From Macrostomum hystrix (taxonomy: Eukaryota; Animalia; Platyhelminthes): DNA of 64,000 nt. The DNA is taken from positions 12,586,001-12,650,000 of the forward strand of contig CATNEN010000039.1 in assembly GCA_950097015.1 (NCBI GenBank), given 5' to 3'. Positions within the stretch are counted from its first letter, which is position 1, and each line of letters begins with the position of its first letter. The notes under the pieces are model-generated. The model saw only the letters and a list, made by a program, of their open reading frames with translations, was not told the origin of the DNA and made no database searches. The position numbers and the translations under genes are program-made. Shown here one piece after another: positions 59,471-64,000 of the stretch.

Positions 59471-59994
59471 GGTGTGGCGGATAGGTTTTCTGACTCAGTT
59501 GTTTTGGAGTTGTAAATAGTTAGAGCTGTGACTCACGGTCAACTGCAAGCGGAATACAAGCCAGATAGCAGCGATCTGTTAAATACAGAAACTCGGCGTA
59601 CAGCGGAGCGCGTACGCTTGGCTAGGTGACTGCTAATACCCTAAAGCTCTCAACTGTTCACACATCTGGGCTGCACCGGGTTAGCTAGACAGAGAGAGCA
59701 GAATAATAACTAATACAGCTGAAATATGAAGCCATACAGCTGCATGGTGCAGGCAAGGGCTGGATGGGTACATATAATAACAAGTGTTGGCTTATTCACA
59801 CTCATATTTGACTGTACCGTTCAGCAACATAATTAAGTTACATCAGTGACTGCTAGCGACATTCCACTTTCAGCATTTAACAGTCTTCAACAGATACAAT
59901 CGAACTGTGCTAACTGTCTGTGATAACTCTGAAAGACAGGGAATAAACTAATCTAACAACTCTGCGATAGTAGAATAGAAAAAATGACACATAG

Positions 59995-62697
59995 CTTAGT
60001 GGAATCTCTCCAACACTGTGGAATCTCTGCAATACAGTGGGATCTCACCAACAATGTGGAATCTCTCCAACACAGTGGAATCTCTCCAACACTGTGGAAT
60101 CTCTCCAACACTAAGCCGACACTGTGGAATCTCTCCAACACTGTGGAGTCTCTCCAATACAGTGGAATCTCTCCAACACTATGGAATCTCTCCAGTGGGA
60201 TCTCTCCAACACTGTGGAGTCTCTCCAATACAGTGGGATCTCTCTAACACTAAGCCGACACAGTGGAATCTCTCCAACACTATGGAATCTCTCCAGTGGG
60301 ATCTCTCCAACACTAAGCCGACACTGTGGAATCTCTCCAACACTGTGGAGTCTCTCCAATACAGTGGAATCTCTCCAACACTGTGGAATCTCTCCAATAC
60401 AGTGGGATCTCTCCAACACTGTGGAATCTCTCCAATACAGTGGGATCTCTCCAACACTAAGCCGACACTGTGGAATCTCTCCAACACTGTGGAATCTCTC
60501 CAACACTGTGGAATCTCTCCAACACTGTGGAGTCTCTCCAATGCAGTGGGATCTCTCCAACACTGTGGAATCTCTCCAAAACAGTGGGATCTCTCCAACA
60601 CTGTGGAATCTCTCCAATACAGTGGGATCTCTCCAACACTAAGCCGACACTGTGGAATCTCTCCAACACTGTGGAATCTCTCCAATACAGTGGGATCTCT
60701 CCAACACTAAGCCGACACTGTGGAATCTCTCCAACACTGTGGAATCTCTCCAACACTGTGGAGTCTCTCCAATGCAGTGGGATCTCTCCAACACTGTGGA
60801 ATCTCTCCAACACTGTGGAATCTCTCTAATACAGTGGGATCTCTCCAACACTAAGCCGACACTGTGGAATCTCTCCAACACTGTGGAATCTCTCCAACAC
60901 TGTGGGATCTCTCCAATACAGTGGGATCTCTCCAACACTAAGCCGACACTGTGGAATCTCTCCAATACAGTGGGATTACTCCAACAATAAGCCGACACTG
61001 TGTAATCTCTCCAACACTGTGGAATCTCTCCAACACTGTGGAATCTCTCCAATACAGTGGGATCTCTCCAACACTAAGCCGACACTGTGGAGTCTCTCCA
61101 ATACAGTGGGATCTCTCCAACACTGTGGAATCTCTCCAACACTGTGGAATCTCTCCAACACTGTGGAATCTCTCCAATACTGTGGAATCTCTCCAATACA
61201 GTGGAATCTCTCCAACACTGTGGGATCTCTCCAATACAGTGGAATCTCTCCATCACTGTGGAATCTCACCAACACTGTAGAATCTCTTCGATATTGTGGA
61301 ATCTCTCCAACAATGTGGAATCTCTCCAATACTATGGAATCTCCAATACAGTGGAATCTCTCCAACACTGTGGAATCTCACTAACACTGTGGAATCTCTC
61401 CGATATTGTGGAATCTCTCCAACACTGTGGAATCTCTCCAACACTGTGGAATCTCTCCAACACTGTGGAATCTCTCCAATACTGTGGAATCTCTCCAATA
61501 CAGTGGAATCTCTCCAACACTGTGGAATCTCTCCAACACTGTGGAATCTCACCTACACTGTGGAATCTCTCCGATATTGTGGAATCTCTCCAACACTGTG
61601 GAATCTCTCCAATACTATGGAATCTCCAATACAGTGGAATCTCTCCAACACTGTGGAATCTCTCCAATACTATGGAATCTCCAATACAGTGGAATCTCTC
61701 CAACACTGTGGAATCTCTCCAATACTATGGAATCTCCAATACAGTGGAATCTCTCCAACACTGTGGAATCTCCCTAACACTGTGGAATCTCTCCAACACT
61801 GTGGAATCTCTCCAACACTGTGGAATCTCTCCAACACTGTGGAATCTCTCCAATACTGTGGAATCTCTCCAACACTGTGGAATCTCTCCAACACTGTGGA
61901 ATCTCTCCAACACTGTGGAATCTCTCCAATACTGTGGAATCTCTCCAATACAGTGGAATCTCTCCAACACTGTGGAATCTCTCCAACACTGTGGAATCTC
62001 ACCAACACTGTGGAATCTCTCCAACACTGTGGAATCTCTCCAACACTGTGGAATCTCTCCAACACTGTGGAATCTCTCCAACACTGTGGAATCTCTCCGA
62101 TATTGTGGAATCTCTCCAACACTGTGGAATCTCTCCAATACTATGGAATCTCCAATACAGTGGAATCTCTCCAACACTGTGGAATCTCTCCAATACTATG
62201 GAATCTCCAATACAGTGGAATCTCTCCAACACTGTGGAATCTCTCCAATACTATGGAATCTCCAATACAGTGGAATCTCTCCAACACTGTGGAATCTCTC
62301 CGATATTGTGGAATCTCTCCAACACTGTGGAATCTCTCCGATATTGTGGAATCTCTCCAACACTGTGCAATCTCACCAACACTGTGGAATCTCTCCAATA
62401 CTATGGAATCTCCAATACAGTGGAATCTCTCCAACACTGTGGAATCTCTTCAACACTGTGGAATCTCACCAACACTGTGGAATCTCTCCAACAATGTGGA
62501 ATCTCTCCAATACGTTGGGATCTCTCCAACACTGTGGAATCTCACCAACACTGTGGAATCTCCAATACAGTGGAATCTCTCCAACACTGTGGAATCTCTC
62601 CAACACTGTGGAATCTCACCAACACTGTGGAATCTCTCCGATATTGTGGAATCTCTCCAATACTGTGGAATCTCTCCAATACTGTGGAATCTCTCCA
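59995..62697. repeat. 19-bp satellite (GTGGAATCTCTCCAACACT), ~2.7 kb, with variant blocks
   Basis: About 140 units; left part carries periodic AAGCCGACAC insertions, right part has 17-bp deletion variants. Confidence 0.97.
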
Positions 62698-63429
62698 AAA
62701 AATGAACAAATAAGGAAGTAATTTTTATAACTTGAATAAAATCGGTTTTATTTTTTCTATTTTAGATTTTAGAACAAGAAATGTTAAAGAGCAGTTAAGC
62801 AGGAGTAGCTTAGTCTACTTTACACTTTTTATATCCTGCTTGGGTAAAATAATCTAGATAGTTTCTAAACTAAAAGGAAAGCAATGAAACAAAAGAAGGA
62901 AAATGGCAAATAAAATATTTTGGTCTACACAATGAGACAAGTGCTAAGCAATCATCTGCTAGAGAATCAATTAGCAACCAGCTAGGGATAACATGGGATG
63001 GCATGGATAGAAGGCAGGCATTTTGGCACAACACATTTGATTTTCACAGCTTTGGGGCTCAACAAAGGCTGCGAGTCTGGGAAATCTAATGGCTTTGAGT
63101 GTTCTAGCTAAAAGTGCAACAGAATAACAGAAACAGTCAATAGTGTGGGATGCATTCAAACCAGCCGAAATATAATCACCCATTCGCCAGCAGCGAGCAA
63201 GCCAAACACGAGTTTCAACTGGGCATAGAAGCTGACATATGCCCATGAGCTGTTGACAGATCAGCTCATAATAGAAATTTAACATTGCAGCAAACCTCAC
63301 GCAAATGTATCGTAAGTTCACACTGACCAGTAACTTCAATGGTGAGTCTATTGCTGGGGACATGAAAAAGCTTTGGGGGAAATTAAGGAAAAAAATTAAG
63401 AAAACAGAGTCATTAGGACAAACACAAAC

Positions 63430-63710
63430 TGATCATTAGAGAATCGGGCATTGGTCATTAGGGAATCGGGAATTGGTCATTAGGGAATCGGGCATTGGTC
63501 ATTAGGGAATCTGGCATTGGTCATTAGAGAATCGGGCATTGGTCATTAGGGAATCGGGCATTGGTCATTAGGGAATCGGGCATTGGTCATTAGGGAATCG
63601 GGCATTGGTCATTAGGGAATCGGGCATTGGTCATTAGAGAATCGGGCATTGGTCATTAGGGAATCGGGCATTGGTCATTAGGGAATCGGGCATTGGTCAT
63701 TAGGGAATCA
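63430..63710. repeat. 22-bp minisatellite (GGGAATCGGGCATTGGTCATTA)
   Basis: About 12 copies, 3' of the stop at 63767. Confidence 0.95.
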
Positions 63711-63766
63711 GTAGCAGAATAAAGACAAAACAAGACTAAAAGGGTCCCAGTGGGAGCAAGACGCCA

Positions 63767-64000
63767 CTAGCGCTCTTTCTTGGCGGCCGATCGCCTAGCG
63801 GCCTTGGCGCCAGTGGCGGCTGCAGCGGCTCCGGTGCCGTGCCTAGCAGCGTGCGGTCGAACCGCGTGCTGCCCAGAGCGGTTGGCCAGTCGGCGCGAGT
63901 CCAGCTTGGCGGTGATGACGGGCACCACGATGGTGACCAACAGGGGCATCAGGGCGTACTTCAAGGCCGCAAATAGGTAGGCTTGGAGGTCGGAAGCGCC
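63767..64000 (-). CDS. 3' end of a membrane protein with a C-terminal KKXX (KKER) motif; partial
   Basis: Open GC-rich frame from the window edge: GASDLQAYLFAALKYALMPLLVTIVVPVITAKLD...AAKKER*. Confidence 0.6.
   Translation of the reverse strand, partial: GASDLQAYLFAALKYALMPLLVTIVVPVITAKLDSRRLANRSGQHAVRPHAARHGTGAAAAATGAKAARRSAAKKER

Noticed and set aside
59995-62697. CRISPR-like array of short palindromic repeats
   Set aside because: Units are contiguous with no unique spacers, there are no cas genes and the context is eukaryotic. The same applies to all other arrays here.

Overview
Eukaryotic (animal) genomic DNA with GT-AG introns, GC-rich exons and a private minisatellite in most introns. 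The style strongly suggests a free-living flatworm such as Macrostomum lignano, but that is inference. Host genes: the 3' part of a full-size ABCA transporter (+, 946-22060), a small type I membrane protein, an unknown 3-exon gene, three intronless C-type lectin/PAN-like paralogues, TIMMDC1, a divergent MAP2K5/MEK5, a quick-to-court-like GRIP protein, an intronless FABP and the 3' end of a KKXX membrane protein. RNA genes: one dispersed 5S rRNA and an unusual tRNA-Ile(GAU). Mobile DNA: a complete 7.56-kb CACTA/EnSpm-type (CMC) transposon inside an ABCA intron, a mariner, a deleted Helitron, a deleted Harbinger, two hAT MITEs and two tRNA-derived SINE families. The most interesting items are (1) the CACTA element, whose three co-oriented genes (B-box protein, DDE transposase, spliced coiled-coil/BEN protein) each have a splice acceptor just before the ATG, suggesting a polycistronic or alternatively spliced unit, and (2) the lectin cluster with near-identical constant blocks flanking a hypervariable ligand-binding segment. 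All coordinates and exon models were read by eye; no database search was run.
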